Source of the DNA: a virus
Lineage: Duplodnaviria; Caudoviricetes
Strand: one strand, 5' to 3'
Virus record (IMG/VR): IMGVR_UViG_2617271113_000004
Location: 64,001-128,000 of that record
Length of the DNA: 64,000 bases
The notes below the pieces were generated by a model. It was not told the origin of the DNA. It made no database searches and saw nothing but the letters and a program-made list of their open reading frames with translations. Position 1 is the stretch's first letter, and every line of letters begins with the position of its first letter. This document shows positions 40,997 to 50,732 of the stretch, piece by piece. Made by a program: the position numbers and the translations under genes.

Positions 40997-43149
40997 ATCT
41001 CACCTCCCTTAAATTTTGTAACCTCACACTCACAATTAGGGTGCCAAGGCGGTATTTTATAAAATATAGCAACTTCATCAAGAGATGAGAGTTGTTTCAA
41101 AGGAATAGGTTCTTTATTCTTTCTTTGGCATGCCTTACAATCACCTTCATAGTAAACAGATGCGTATTCTTCATCTTCTTGCATTAATACTAAGGAATAT
41201 CCATAATTGTAGCTTTTTGCAAGTAATGTTTTAGCATTACTTTTAACACTTGAACGAACAGCTTCAAACGCTGAAGCAACACTAGACATTACATCTTTCT
41301 CACTTTCAAATTTATCTAAATTAGATTGAGTTATTGATGAAATGCGTGTTTCTATTCTATCTAGCTGTTCCTCTATTTCGGTTTTAATTGTATTATGAGC
41401 TAAAGACTCATTAATTTTTCCGACACCTTTAATCTTGGAATGTGCTTCATCTACGCCTTTATTAAATAAATAAATGGTTTGTTTTTGAAACTCATTTTGG
41501 AAACGATCTCTCTCTAATCGATTAAATGAAAATAAATTAGAAGACTCCTCTAAGGGAAATGTTAGCCTTTGTATTTTTGTTTCTATTTGTTCCAGCACAC
41601 TTGCCTTCATATGATTAAATGCCTGATTTAGTGTTTCTTCTGTTTCCCATAAGGAATCAATCAAAGAACGCTTAAAATTCGTTTCTGATTCATTAGTAAT
41701 GCCATTCATTGTATCTTTTGTAAACTCTGTTGCTCTTTTAGGGCCATCCTTTTTTCCGTGTTGATTTTGTGGTTGATTTTTATTCTGTGTTGCATTTGCA
41801 GCTGGATCAGAATCGGTAGCACCTATCATTTGATAACGTAAACGAGATTCATCAGCTGTAGGTTCCTGTCCCATATTCGCTCTCGTTTCTTCCCAAGTCT
41901 GAATATCACTAAGGAATTTGTGAATTTCATGATTTTCTTTTGCAATCAATCTTTCTTGCTCAATTTCATTGAATACGAAATCTACGTTAAAATCTGGATT
42001 GACTAAAGGATCATATCCACCCTCAATTAATAATTCATCAATAATAAATTTATCAATGGCTGTCTGAAGTACTTTTTGCCAACCCTTTACTCGGTCTGCT
42101 TTTTGTCCAGTCATAGCATCAGCAGTGTTGCGATTTGCCGTGTTACCTCTACCAAAATCAACTTGTGATAATCCCATTCCAGCAAATACACGATTTTCAA
42201 AATAATCTAGATACGGCCTTCCGTCAATGGCATCTACATTAACTGCTTCAACATTATGACGCTCAGGTATGACAAATATACTGTCCTCTGTCATTCCGTC
42301 AACTGTTGCTTGAACCTGTTCTATTTCTTCATCGGTGGCTTCAAATCCATCTTTATTTTCGCCTACTTTATATTTTAATAAAGGGAAAATGTGTTTATAC
42401 AACAGTAAAGAAGCATTCTCTTCTACTTTTCGAAGAAGTCGTATATCCTCAATTACTGGAGCTAGCCAAGGATCACCGAAAGCAGATCCTGAACGTACAT
42501 TAGTAGCAATATGAATGATATCCTCAGGATTAAATTCAATTGCATCTCCACCGCCCTCAACTTCTTGTTGATACTTTGTTACCGTCCCATTCTCATCTCT
42601 TGCAATTGAGATTGTTTGAGGTGGGAGAATAAAGTAACCAACTACTGGCTCTTTTGATGGAGGCACGGGAGTTAGGCTAACTCCAGGAGGTAGACCTGCA
42701 CCATTTTTTGCACGTGCCTTAGCGATAAAACAATTGGATGACCAGACAATATCTCTAGCTATACCATGGAATAAACTTTCTACAGGAGTTCCAGTAGCTA
42801 CTTCCATCATTTCAAGACGTAGTTTGAGATAATCTAATGCCTGTTCATTCTTTGATTTGAAGTTCCAACCGGATTTAAATATGAGCTCTTCATATTTCAT
42901 AACCCCTTGAGTAAGATACCCGTCTTTTCTAATGGCATTAGCAATGGTAGTTAGGTCAACATCATGTGTTTCAAAGTTATCCCTACCACCTCCGCCACCA
43001 GAACTATTACTAATCTGATAACCCACCCTTTTCGCTTTGGCTGTTTTAGGATCTCGATTAATCGAACTCCTTGAACCAGAAGAACTTGAAGGAGATGTCG
43101 CATTATTAAATCTAATGTTATTGAACAAGTTATAAAATAATTTTGACAA
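40993..43149 (-). CDS. Portal protein with C-terminal Mu gpF/SPP1 gp7-like domain
   Basis: FNPEDIIHI..AFGDP portal motif; C-terminal CKAC...PPWHPNCEC. Confidence 0.8.
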   Translation of the reverse strand: MSKLFYNLFNNIRFNNATSPSSSSGSRSSINRDPKTAKAKRVGYQISNSSGGGGGRDNFETHDVDLTTIANAIRKDGYLTQGVMKYEELIFKSGWNFKSKNEQALDYLKLRLEMMEVATGTPVESLFHGIARDIVWSSNCFIAKARAKNGAGLPPGVSLTPVPPSKEPVVGYFILPPQTISIARDENGTVTKYQQEVEGGGDAIEFNPEDIIHIATNVRSGSAFGDPWLAPVIEDIRLLRKVEENASLLLYKHIFPLLKYKVGENKDGFEATDEEIEQVQATVDGMTEDSIFVIPERHNVEAVNVDAIDGRPYLDYFENRVFAGMGLSQVDFGRGNTANRNTADAMTGQKADRVKGWQKVLQTAIDKFIIDELLIEGGYDPLVNPDFNVDFVFNEIEQERLIAKENHEIHKFLSDIQTWEETRANMGQEPTADESRLRYQMIGATDSDPAANATQNKNQPQNQHGKKDGPKRATEFTKDTMNGITNESETNFKRSLIDSLWETEETLNQAFNHMKASVLEQIETKIQRLTFPLEESSNLFSFNRLERDRFQNEFQKQTIYLFNKGVDEAHSKIKGVGKINESLAHNTIKTEIEEQLDRIETRISSITQSNLDKFESEKDVMSSVASAFEAVRSSVKSNAKTLLAKSYNYGYSLVLMQEDEEYASVYYEGDCKACQRKNKEPIPLKQLSSLDEVAIFYKIPPWHPNCECEVTKFKGGEM

Positions 43150-43248
43150 TCTATCTCCTCCTTCAATAACCTATATTTCCTTATATAAAGCTATAGAGCC
43201 TATTTTATTAATTCTTCAATAATTATACATGATACACTGTCATATGAG

Positions 43249-44478
43249 CTAAACCGCTGATAACGAGTATCCATTGGTACGAGCATACTCAGCAATCCAA
43301 TTATCCGATACGTCGTTAGTTCCTTCTAAATCCTCAACTATTCTATAAAATAGTCTTATTTCTTCCTTTTTTTGAATTGCAGATAGCTGACGACCATAAA
43401 ATACACTCTCATTTTTATAAATATTGATCATGTCTGTGACACTTTCATTATAATCTTTTCTTGTCTTTTGAATTGAATTAACAAGAATATCCGCTATGCG
43501 ATCCGTTGATTTTCCACTTTCTTCGGGCTGTTCATATAGCCAGTCCTTAAGATCGTTATTTGCTTTGTTTACGATTTGTTGATAGAAATAATTTCGTTGT
43601 GATGTAAATGCCTCTTTCTTATCATCAATCATCATATACTGCTGCTTAATCGAGTTGTGTACAGATTTCATTTCTTTAAAACTCAGTATTAGATGTGATT
43701 TTAATGCTTGAACATTTTTTAAATCTGCTAATTGTCTTATAAGCATTTCTACATTTCCATCTATTAATTCTTGAGGATTATGAATAATCTCCTCTGCTCC
43801 TTCAATAATCGTTTCAAATTGAATAGCCCTGTTACGATGCACATATGCTATATCTCCCAACGATGTATGAAATGTATCTAAATTTCTTCTCTGCTTTTCA
43901 AGTTCTTCTATTTCCTTCTCAATTTCATCCAATTCACCATGCATCTGATTTTCATAAGCTTCTAATAACTTGTATTCAGATAGAATCCATGTCGATATAG
44001 AGTCTTTTTCTGCTTTAATTACTTTTTCAGTTTCCGTTTCAGAAGTGATTTGTGTTCGATAATGATTGTCAATGAATGTAACTTGTTTTTCTAGAGAAGC
44101 TTTCATATAAAATAACATTGAGTAAATCTCTAAATCTGCAGTTCCATCAAAACCACAATAAGTGTCTTCTACCTGAAAAGCTTTTTCTAATTCTCGTTCT
44201 TCTAACAAGATTAAATAATCATTAAATTGCTCCTTGTTTTGTCTGTTTTTAATAACTTCTAAAAGCGAGTTCATTCGATCAATTAGTTGCTGATAATCAA
44301 TGATTGCTCTAGTTATTAAAAAATCTTGAGAACGATCTATTTTGTTTACTGTATCCGATCCTAAAGGGAACTTCGATTCTTTATCTGGATATTGCATGTT
44401 CGGTCTATAACTAATTAAATGCCTTTCATAATTGGTATCAATTCCAATGTCTCCATACCATGTTTTATGTTTATTCAT
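43249..44478 (-). CDS. Hypothetical helical/coiled-coil protein
   Basis: 409-aa ORF between TerL and portal. Confidence 0.6.
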   Translation of the reverse strand: MNKHKTWYGDIGIDTNYERHLISYRPNMQYPDKESKFPLGSDTVNKIDRSQDFLITRAIIDYQQLIDRMNSLLEVIKNRQNKEQFNDYLILLEERELEKAFQVEDTYCGFDGTADLEIYSMLFYMKASLEKQVTFIDNHYRTQITSETETEKVIKAEKDSISTWILSEYKLLEAYENQMHGELDEIEKEIEELEKQRRNLDTFHTSLGDIAYVHRNRAIQFETIIEGAEEIIHNPQELIDGNVEMLIRQLADLKNVQALKSHLILSFKEMKSVHNSIKQQYMMIDDKKEAFTSQRNYFYQQIVNKANNDLKDWLYEQPEESGKSTDRIADILVNSIQKTRKDYNESVTDMINIYKNESVFYGRQLSAIQKKEEIRLFYRIVEDLEGTNDVSDNWIAEYARTNGYSLSAV

Positions 44479-44604
44479 CTAAAAACCACCCTTTTCAATA
44501 TGTAACGCAGCTGATGCTGCGCTGGGAGAAGATATCTAGAAATAGATGCAGGGTATTATCTTCCACCTGCTTAAAACAGGGACAACGCATTAGTTCAGAT
44601 ATTC

Positions 44605-46365
44605 CTAAAACGTAGATCGCTTAAATCCTTTACTTCTACTAGATCCTCTTGCTCCAAATGATGATTTCGTTCTTTTCTTTGAATATCCCATAGGCACTTT
44701 TTCCATATACCAGTTTGGATTATCCTTAGGCTCTGGAATGCGTTTCTTTTTTGTTTGGAATACATCATCATTTCTTCCGAACGCTTTCTCACGGAGACGA
44801 TCTGAATTGCCATGCTCTTTAACAAAAGCCTTTCTTGCTGGATTTATTTTCTCTAAAATTTTTGCGATATCAGGAAACTCAATGGTAAATCCAAGTATAG
44901 TTAACATAAATGCATCTAATGCATGCTCATTTTCAGATGTATATTCAGGTTTACCTGTTTTTGAAATACGTAATACTTGATAATCCATCATTTGCTTCCA
45001 GACCATATCATCAAAAGGAGAAAGGATTATTTGATCCCTTTCAAGCAATATGCTAGTTTGATTAACCATAAAGTTCTTTGCATCTTTTTTGTCTATCTCT
45101 CTGGACCCTGGATCACGTATTTCAATCTTCTCTGAAAAGTGAATTCGTTTTACTTTTTGCAACATACCGCTTTCTGGGTTATCTCTACCATGTTTTCTAA
45201 GTGCCTCTATTTGATATTCACCGTGACCGGCATCGATATAAAAGAATTTTGGATTCCAAATTGTGTTTATCTCGATTAGTTTTTGTACTGCATTGTCGTA
45301 TGTCCATTCTCCTCTGGTTATTTCATAACGTTTTGCTACTCTAAATTTTTTCCTTAATTCATCAAATTCCGTTACAATAATTTGAGTCGCTGCACCAAAT
45401 TTATCCCAGTCAGTTCCTACGATACGCACAGCAGGAGGAGCTTGATTTTTCATCGTATATTCCGGCATATACGTTATATCATTTAAATCAATACCACTCT
45501 TTTTATATTGTGCTTTTTCATAAACATTCAGTTCACGATAAGCATATAAAAATTGAGATTTTGCCCTTTCTACGGCAGCTTTATTAAATACTCCAACAGT
45601 TTCTTCACCAAACTCGGCTTCTACTTCGTGAATGTAACCTTGTTCGGTCATGGTAGCACGCATTTCCGCTTCCATGGTTTCATCAAAGTCAGGGTTTACC
45701 ATAGAAGGAAAATGATAAGCTTTATAACCTGTGTCCGGATTCGTACATACATCGTAAAAAAAGTCACGCTTACCAGTAGGTGTGGAAGATACCCATATAC
45801 CAATTCGCTTTGGATCTTCCATAGCGATAGCTGTAACGGCATCAATACCATCCCTATTCATATAGTCAATCTCATCCATGAATATAAAATCAGCACGCTG
45901 ACCACGTACACTAGCGCCGCTTTGTCCTTGTGTAGCTCCAACTGTAAAACCCATGATTTTTGAACCATTATTGAAAGATGTAATAAAAGGATTTTTCGTT
46001 GAACTAGAAGAATTAGCAAGTTCATCACAATCATTTATTAACTCTTGCAAACGCATAAATATTAAACGGACTTGATGTTCATAAGGAGTAGTAATTAAAA
46101 GTCGTGCATTTTTATGATGAAAGGCGTACCATAAACAGAATACAACCATTGTTTCTGTTTTACCTACACGTCTTCCCATACGAGCTGCAATTCTCCGAGT
46201 GCCATTCATGATATCTTTGATCATGTCTTCTTGATACCATCTGGCTTTCCATGGATTTCCTTTAGGATCTTTTAATTTCCAATAAGCCCACTTCACAGGA
46301 TCGGAGCGAATCTCTCTTTCTACTTCCTGCATTTCTTCTTTATCTAAAATAGCTTCCTCACTCAT
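44605..46365 (-). CDS. terL: Terminase large subunit
   Basis: Walker A MGRRVGKT, Walker B FIFMDE, SSTP coupling motif, nuclease residues GTDW and EHALDA. Confidence 0.93.
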   Translation of the reverse strand: MSEEAILDKEEMQEVEREIRSDPVKWAYWKLKDPKGNPWKARWYQEDMIKDIMNGTRRIAARMGRRVGKTETMVVFCLWYAFHHKNARLLITTPYEHQVRLIFMRLQELINDCDELANSSSSTKNPFITSFNNGSKIMGFTVGATQGQSGASVRGQRADFIFMDEIDYMNRDGIDAVTAIAMEDPKRIGIWVSSTPTGKRDFFYDVCTNPDTGYKAYHFPSMVNPDFDETMEAEMRATMTEQGYIHEVEAEFGEETVGVFNKAAVERAKSQFLYAYRELNVYEKAQYKKSGIDLNDITYMPEYTMKNQAPPAVRIVGTDWDKFGAATQIIVTEFDELRKKFRVAKRYEITRGEWTYDNAVQKLIEINTIWNPKFFYIDAGHGEYQIEALRKHGRDNPESGMLQKVKRIHFSEKIEIRDPGSREIDKKDAKNFMVNQTSILLERDQIILSPFDDMVWKQMMDYQVLRISKTGKPEYTSENEHALDAFMLTILGFTIEFPDIAKILEKINPARKAFVKEHGNSDRLREKAFGRNDDVFQTKKKRIPEPKDNPNWYMEKVPMGYSKKRTKSSFGARGSSRSKGFKRSTF

Positions 46366-46387
46366 TAGGTTGAATCACCCTTTTCTA

Positions 46388-46753
46388 TTAGGAATCAACC
46401 ATAGTATCTGTCATACCACCAATTGCTCCACCAACAGCGGCACCAACTCCATATGTTAATGCCTTTCTCCAACCAGAACCAAAACTTTTATTATATGTTC
46501 TAACTGAAGGACTATTATTAAAATTATCACGAAGTTGAGCCCTAGCATCATTTCTTGCTGTATCAGACATTGAATTATTTCTTAGCTGCACTGATTGATT
46601 TCTAAACTTGCGCATTTGACGCTTTGCACCTAAACTTACACCTGCATGAACAAATCCTGCAGATGCTGCTGTTGCCGCAGCACCAATTGCCATCCCATTA
46701 ACAGCACTATCTGGATTTACTTTTTGATAGGATTCATTGCTATTCATATACAT
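46388..46753 (-). CDS. Small Gly/Ala-rich hydrophobic protein
   Basis: GAAATAASAG and GVGAAVGGAIGG helices. Confidence 0.6.
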   Translation of the reverse strand: MYMNSNESYQKVNPDSAVNGMAIGAAATAASAGFVHAGVSLGAKRQMRKFRNQSVQLRNNSMSDTARNDARAQLRDNFNNSPSVRTYNKSFGSGWRKALTYGVGAAVGGAIGGMTDTMVDS

Positions 46754-46769
46754 GTGTTATTCACCTCTT

Positions 46770-47204
46770 TTAATAAACTCGTTGAGCTCCTCTAGCATGA
46801 TTTGCCATATTAGCAGTAACATGTTGGCGTGCTTGTTGAATTTGATTTAACCCTTGATATTGCATAGACTGTTGGGCTTGAGAGGATTGATAGTTGCTTC
46901 CAAACCTGTTTCGGTTTGCATGAAATTTTGCTTTTTTCTGTTCTGCGGCGTTGATTAAATCAGGTGCTACCTGTACAGCTGCCGCACCAGCAGAAATTGC
47001 CAGACCTCCAAGAAGACCACCAGGGGCCATTGACCATACTGCGTTTGTTAGTAATGCTTTACCAACTGCCACTGGTGCGGACTCGCCCTCTTTCATACGC
47101 ATATAAGAGTCTAATCCTACGAATCCAACTCCAAGCCCTGTATTTATTTTATCTAACTTATTTATAGAGCCTCTGCCATTCGCAGGCTCTTGTTGAGTTG
47201 CCAT
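46770..47204 (-). CDS. Small Gly/Ala-rich protein with Gln-rich tail
   Basis: GGLLGGLAISAGAAA; coupled to the upstream ORF. Confidence 0.6.
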   Translation of the reverse strand: MATQQEPANGRGSINKLDKINTGLGVGFVGLDSYMRMKEGESAPVAVGKALLTNAVWSMAPGGLLGGLAISAGAAAVQVAPDLINAAEQKKAKFHANRNRFGSNYQSSQAQQSMQYQGLNQIQQARQHVTANMANHARGAQRVY

Positions 47205-47207
47205 ACA

Positions 47208-47540
47208 TTACCCTCCATGTCTAAGATTGTGCAAGGCAAAAGCCAGATCGCCATTTGCTTCTATTCCTGTATAATTTGGCGTATAGTCTAACCCGTCTCC
47301 TCTTGATCCAGGCAGAGATTCAGGTTCTCTCATTTGCGCTTCATTTTCTAATCTTTGATATGGAGCAGAGTATATTTGATGTCCGCCAAATCCTACAGCA
47401 CTTACTCCCATAGCTATTTTTCCTTTACCACCCACGGTTCGCCCAGTCCATAAATTATTTAGATTCCTTTGATCTACCTTTTTAATAAAAGGCTCTTTGG
47501 GATTAAATTCTTTTGCAAGTCCTTTCATAAATCTTTTCAT
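47208..47540 (-). CDS. Small Gly-rich hypothetical protein
   Basis: RBS GGGGGA; in operon. Confidence 0.55.
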   Translation of the reverse strand: MKRFMKGLAKEFNPKEPFIKKVDQRNLNNLWTGRTVGGKGKIAMGVSAVGFGGHQIYSAPYQRLENEAQMREPESLPGSRGDGLDYTPNYTGIEANGDLAFALHNLRHGG

Positions 47541-47551
47541 GCCTTATCCCC

Positions 47552-47884
47552 CTATACCATAGGAATTCCTACAATATCGCTTTGGCCTTTGCTATTTCGA
47601 TATGCAGAACCGCCACTTGCTGTACGATAAGCAGCATCTCCAGCGATGTAAGCAGAACCAGCTAGTGCCGCCGCACGTTTCTTACTAATTGTTCCCGAGT
47701 TAAATTTATGAGATGTTCTTTCACTTGGACTAAGCTTATCGTAGGCTTGTCTAGCTTCTTTGTTTCGAATAGCATACGTCATTGGTCTTCCATCTCCAGT
47801 GACCGTATTTTTGACATCTCCATAAAGTGCCTTAAAACCATTTACTGCTTGATTTGAGAATAACTTTGGGTTCAAGAGAATCAC
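47552..47884 (-). CDS. Small Ala/Gly-rich hypothetical protein
   Basis: Overlaps the stop of the TerS-like gene; in operon. Confidence 0.55.
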   Translation of the reverse strand: MILLNPKLFSNQAVNGFKALYGDVKNTVTGDGRPMTYAIRNKEARQAYDKLSPSERTSHKFNSGTISKKRAAALAGSAYIAGDAAYRTASGGSAYRNSKGQSDIVGIPMV

Positions 47885-48648
47885 TCCTCCTCGTTATAAT
47901 CTATAGGTTCAACATCAATGATGTCGTCTTCTTCTGGCATTTTCATATTCATCTTCTTGTAATAGGCTTTTTTAGCTTCGTGTTCCGACTGCTTATTTTT
48001 TTCCATGTCTTGATTTACTTTAACCATTTCAGCTGCTTGTACAGATGGATCTTGTTTGATGGTTAACTTTTGACCTTCTTTATCTTTTCTTGTTGAGTTC
48101 AACAATTGGTAGGATTTATTCTTGCGGTTGATTAGTTTTTCTTTGTAGTCTGTTAGAGGATGAAGTTCTTGCCTCGTAATCGGTTCCCCATCTTCACTCA
48201 TTCCTACTGTGTTATTAACGATATAATCTGCGTCCCAAGCCATCTTATTATCACAACGAAGCAAGCCAATATCTGCATCTACAAGATCTTTTACGATCAT
48301 TAAGTCAATTGTGTCACTTGCTTTTCTATTCTCTAGATCTATTTCGAAATGTTCAGCATATCGTTCAAATAGGTCTTCGATTGCAGCAATTTCAATGGGG
48401 CACTTCTCGCCATATGGAGCTTTCTCCATCTCTACTAGAGGACAAGAGTGAGAATAAGGACACGCCTCCGCTTTACAAATGATCGGAACTGACGCATATA
48501 GACCATGCTTTGTATTTCTGAGTCTTTTAGCTACTTGAATAGCTTCAACAGCATCTGGATTAGAAGTCCATGCTGTATGGTCTAATTCTTTCGCACTTGC
48601 AGATATAGCAGCTAATCCAGCTTCTGTTTTAGGTCCTGTCTTGCTCAT
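47881..48648 (-). CDS. Probable terminase small subunit
   Basis: First gene of the late operon; TGPKTEAG and NTKHGLYA motifs seen in phage TerS-like proteins; Cys cluster. Confidence 0.6.
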   Translation of the reverse strand: MSKTGPKTEAGLAAISASAKELDHTAWTSNPDAVEAIQVAKRLRNTKHGLYASVPIICKAEACPYSHSCPLVEMEKAPYGEKCPIEIAAIEDLFERYAEHFEIDLENRKASDTIDLMIVKDLVDADIGLLRCDNKMAWDADYIVNNTVGMSEDGEPITRQELHPLTDYKEKLINRKNKSYQLLNSTRKDKEGQKLTIKQDPSVQAAEMVKVNQDMEKNKQSEHEAKKAYYKKMNMKMPEEDDIIDVEPIDYNEEE

Positions 48649-48785
48649 AGAAATTCCTCCTAAATATAAAAGGGCATACTCACTCGATCCCCCTTAACCT
48701 GCTGGTGCTTTGTGAGGCGGTGCAGTTGCCCGTTCTTTAATTTTACAATACCTGTATTTTTTAAGAAATTTTTCTAAGAAGGAAT

Positions 48786-48818
48786 AAAAAAAGCAGGATG
48801 CTTCTAATGCATCCTGCT
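48786..48818 (-). terminator. Intrinsic terminator of the partition operon
   Basis: AGCAGGATGC-7 nt-GCATCCTGC followed by T7. Confidence 0.85.
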
Positions 48819-48876
48819 ACAGTGACGGTCGTACCCATTGTTAATGTTTTGCTTTGTTATTCTTTTTTTTGCACTT

Positions 48877-49068
48877 TTACTGCTGTTTTTCCTTTTGCTT
48901 TAGTTCCTCAATATACGCCTTCTCTTTTGCTTCTTCAGTTATCGCTTTTTCAAGAAGTCTTCTGATTTCATATGCTCTATCATTTGGCTTGATGTCCTTA
49001 AAATGATTTCGTAGCAAGTCGTCATTCTTTCGAATTCGAGCTACAAGCATATTATTGTCTTGCGACAT
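48877..49068 (-). CDS. ParR/AlfB-like small DNA-binding adaptor (ribbon-helix-helix-like)
   Basis: 63 aa overlapping the actin-like gene; beta strand LVARIR then helices DRAYEIRRLLEKAI. Confidence 0.6.
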   Translation of the reverse strand: MSQDNNMLVARIRKNDDLLRNHFKDIKPNDRAYEIRRLLEKAITEEAKEKAYIEELKQKEKQQ

Positions 49069-50215
49069 GCGGTTGCATCTCCTTCACAGGACTTACATAC
49101 TCCTCTAATACTTTCTCTTGACCAAGCTCATCTGATAACTCAAGAACACCATACATATAAAATCCTAGAAGGTTCGTAAATTGGGAATTTTCCATTATAA
49201 TAAATCCTTGGATATTTTCTTTTTCAAAGTTCTTGCCAACTTCCTTTGCGTAGACATGAGCCCCCCCACCAGTGGCAATAATCAATTGTAACCGGTTAGA
49301 CTCATTTCCCCATGCTGTTGTAATTGAATCAGCAATAGGTTTAGCTCGATCAGCAATAACAGCTTGAATTTCATCTGATACATCAAAGTCAGTATTTCTA
49401 TATTTAATATTTCCAGTCTGAATCGCATAGTCTAAATCCTGATCTGACGGGTGGAACATATAACCCATATCAGCGAATTTTAATTCGATAGATCTGCGAA
49501 GACGCTTATATACTTCTGTTACTCCAATTGTTGATTTATTTTTTGTGTCATCTTCTAGTACAACCCCATTACGGAATAAAGCATAATCCGTAGATACATG
49601 TCCGAAGTCAATGACTCCTAAATATTCTGCACGATGTTCAGACGGTGCTAAGAAGCTTTCTTCATCAAAGCGAAATTGATTGTATGTAACGGTACCTTCT
49701 GGTTGTCTTAACACAACTACGCTTTTGACTTTCACGTCTTTTTTAATGCTATTTTTACTGTCTAAATAGAACTCTACGGTAAAGTCTTTACTTAAGAATG
49801 ATTCTAAGTCTTCTTTAATCTTCATGTCGTAATCTGTATTCGGAAGCCCCGTAACAATAGTAACTTCATATGTTCCACTTTTATCAGGAAGGCTTAACCC
49901 AATTCCTGTATGGAAAAGAACCCTACTCTTTTCATCATTGGCACGATTACGTTTTTCAGTACGCACGTTTACATTTTCTTCTACTGGCATACCTAAAGCA
50001 TTATCTCCAACGAAATATGTTCCTTCTTCCGTTTTCACCACTAATTCTTGTATGTTTATTTCACTAGAGGATAGCAATGGACGGCTTGCTGGTGTCCCAC
50101 TAACTACGCCACTTGGTATTACATGTGGCTCTGGCTTTGCATTTGACATATACTTTAAACCACCAAAACCTACGTCTACCCCTACTAAATATGGCACCTT
50201 CTTCTCTTTCGTCAT
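49052..50215 (-). CDS. parM: ParM/Alp actin-like partition ATPase
   Basis: Actin-fold motifs VGVDVGFGGLK, VTGLP, QPEG, VIDFGHVSTD, TGGGA. Confidence 0.9.
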   Translation of the reverse strand: MTKEKKVPYLVGVDVGFGGLKYMSNAKPEPHVIPSGVVSGTPASRPLLSSSEINIQELVVKTEEGTYFVGDNALGMPVEENVNVRTEKRNRANDEKSRVLFHTGIGLSLPDKSGTYEVTIVTGLPNTDYDMKIKEDLESFLSKDFTVEFYLDSKNSIKKDVKVKSVVVLRQPEGTVTYNQFRFDEESFLAPSEHRAEYLGVIDFGHVSTDYALFRNGVVLEDDTKNKSTIGVTEVYKRLRRSIELKFADMGYMFHPSDQDLDYAIQTGNIKYRNTDFDVSDEIQAVIADRAKPIADSITTAWGNESNRLQLIIATGGGAHVYAKEVGKNFEKENIQGFIIMENSQFTNLLGFYMYGVLELSDELGQEKVLEEYVSPVKEMQPHVARQ

Positions 50216-50237
50216 TCCCTATTTCTCCCTCCAGTAT

Positions 50238-50271
50238 AATATGTTTAAATTGTTAACATTTTGAACATATT
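50238..50271. promoter_or_regulatory. 34-bp imperfect palindrome, candidate parC/operator
   Basis: AATATGTTTAAATTGTTAACATTTTGAACATATT between promoter and parM RBS. Confidence 0.6.
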
Positions 50272-50274
50272 CCT

Positions 50275-50303
50275 AGTTTACCTATAAATGCTGATAGATG
50301 CAA
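50275..50303 (-). promoter_or_regulatory. SigA-type promoter of the partition operon
   Basis: TTGCAT-17 bp-TAAACT. Confidence 0.55.
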
Positions 50304-50314
50304 GTATTACCAAT

Positions 50315-50344
50315 AAAAAAGCACCGCTTTTTGCGATGCTTTCT
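50315..50344 (-). terminator. Probable terminator ending the tRNA cluster transcript
   Basis: AAAGCATCGC-AAAAA-GCGGTGCTTTTTT on the minus strand. Confidence 0.55.
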
Positions 50345-50577
50345 TTAGGAAAAGGAAGGATAATGGAATTTTAGAGCTTGCAGCTCTTTTAAAGAGCCTA
50401 GGAAAACAGGGAAACCCAAGCTCCTTAAAACAACTGCAAATCGATATGGACAGGAACTAAAGAGACATCAAATATTAATATTAACGATATATGAGATAAA
50501 ATGAAAGGAGTGTAATATGAATGAAAGATAGTCTCTTTAGCCCTATTCCTATATCAAGGCAAAGGGGGTAATAGTTG

Positions 50578-50641
50578 TGTTCTTGACTGGACTCTCACCA
50601 GTATCTCTTGTGACAAGCGCATTAACTTATACTACAAGAAC
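50578..50641 (-). ncRNA. tRNA-like RNA with a truncated anticodon arm
   Basis: Acceptor GTTCTTG/CAAGAAC, D arm GTAT/ATGC, T arm ACTGG-TGAGAGT-CCAGT; anticodon arm only CTTG-TCA-CAAG. Confidence 0.6.
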
Positions 50642-50648
50642 ATATAAG

Positions 50649-50726
50649 CGCCCTCTTGGGAGTTGAACCCACCCACAACAGCATATGGCCATCTATCTGT
50701 TGACTCATCCACCGAAAGGAAAGGGC
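50649..50726 (-). ncRNA. tRNA-like RNA with an enlarged anticodon loop
   Basis: Acceptor GCCCTTT/AGAGGGC, T arm GGG-TTCAACT-CCC, stem CAACAG/CTGTTG closing 15 nt. Confidence 0.55.
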
Positions 50727-50732
50727 ATATAA

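Noticed and set aside
44500-44596. Possible twister ribozyme after terL (minus strand UAAUGCG...CCUG-UUUUAAG-CAGG)
   Set aside because: P2 partner and pseudoknot pairings could not be completed; only generic hairpins are supported
174-50264. Many short plus-strand ORFs in the ORF track
   Set aside because: They are antisense shadows of long minus-strand genes, without RBSs or recognisable motifs
50598-50620. Selenocysteine or opal-suppressor tRNA (UCA)
   Set aside because: UCA sits in a 3-nt loop on a 4-bp stem with no long variable arm, so it cannot be a canonical tRNA-Sec
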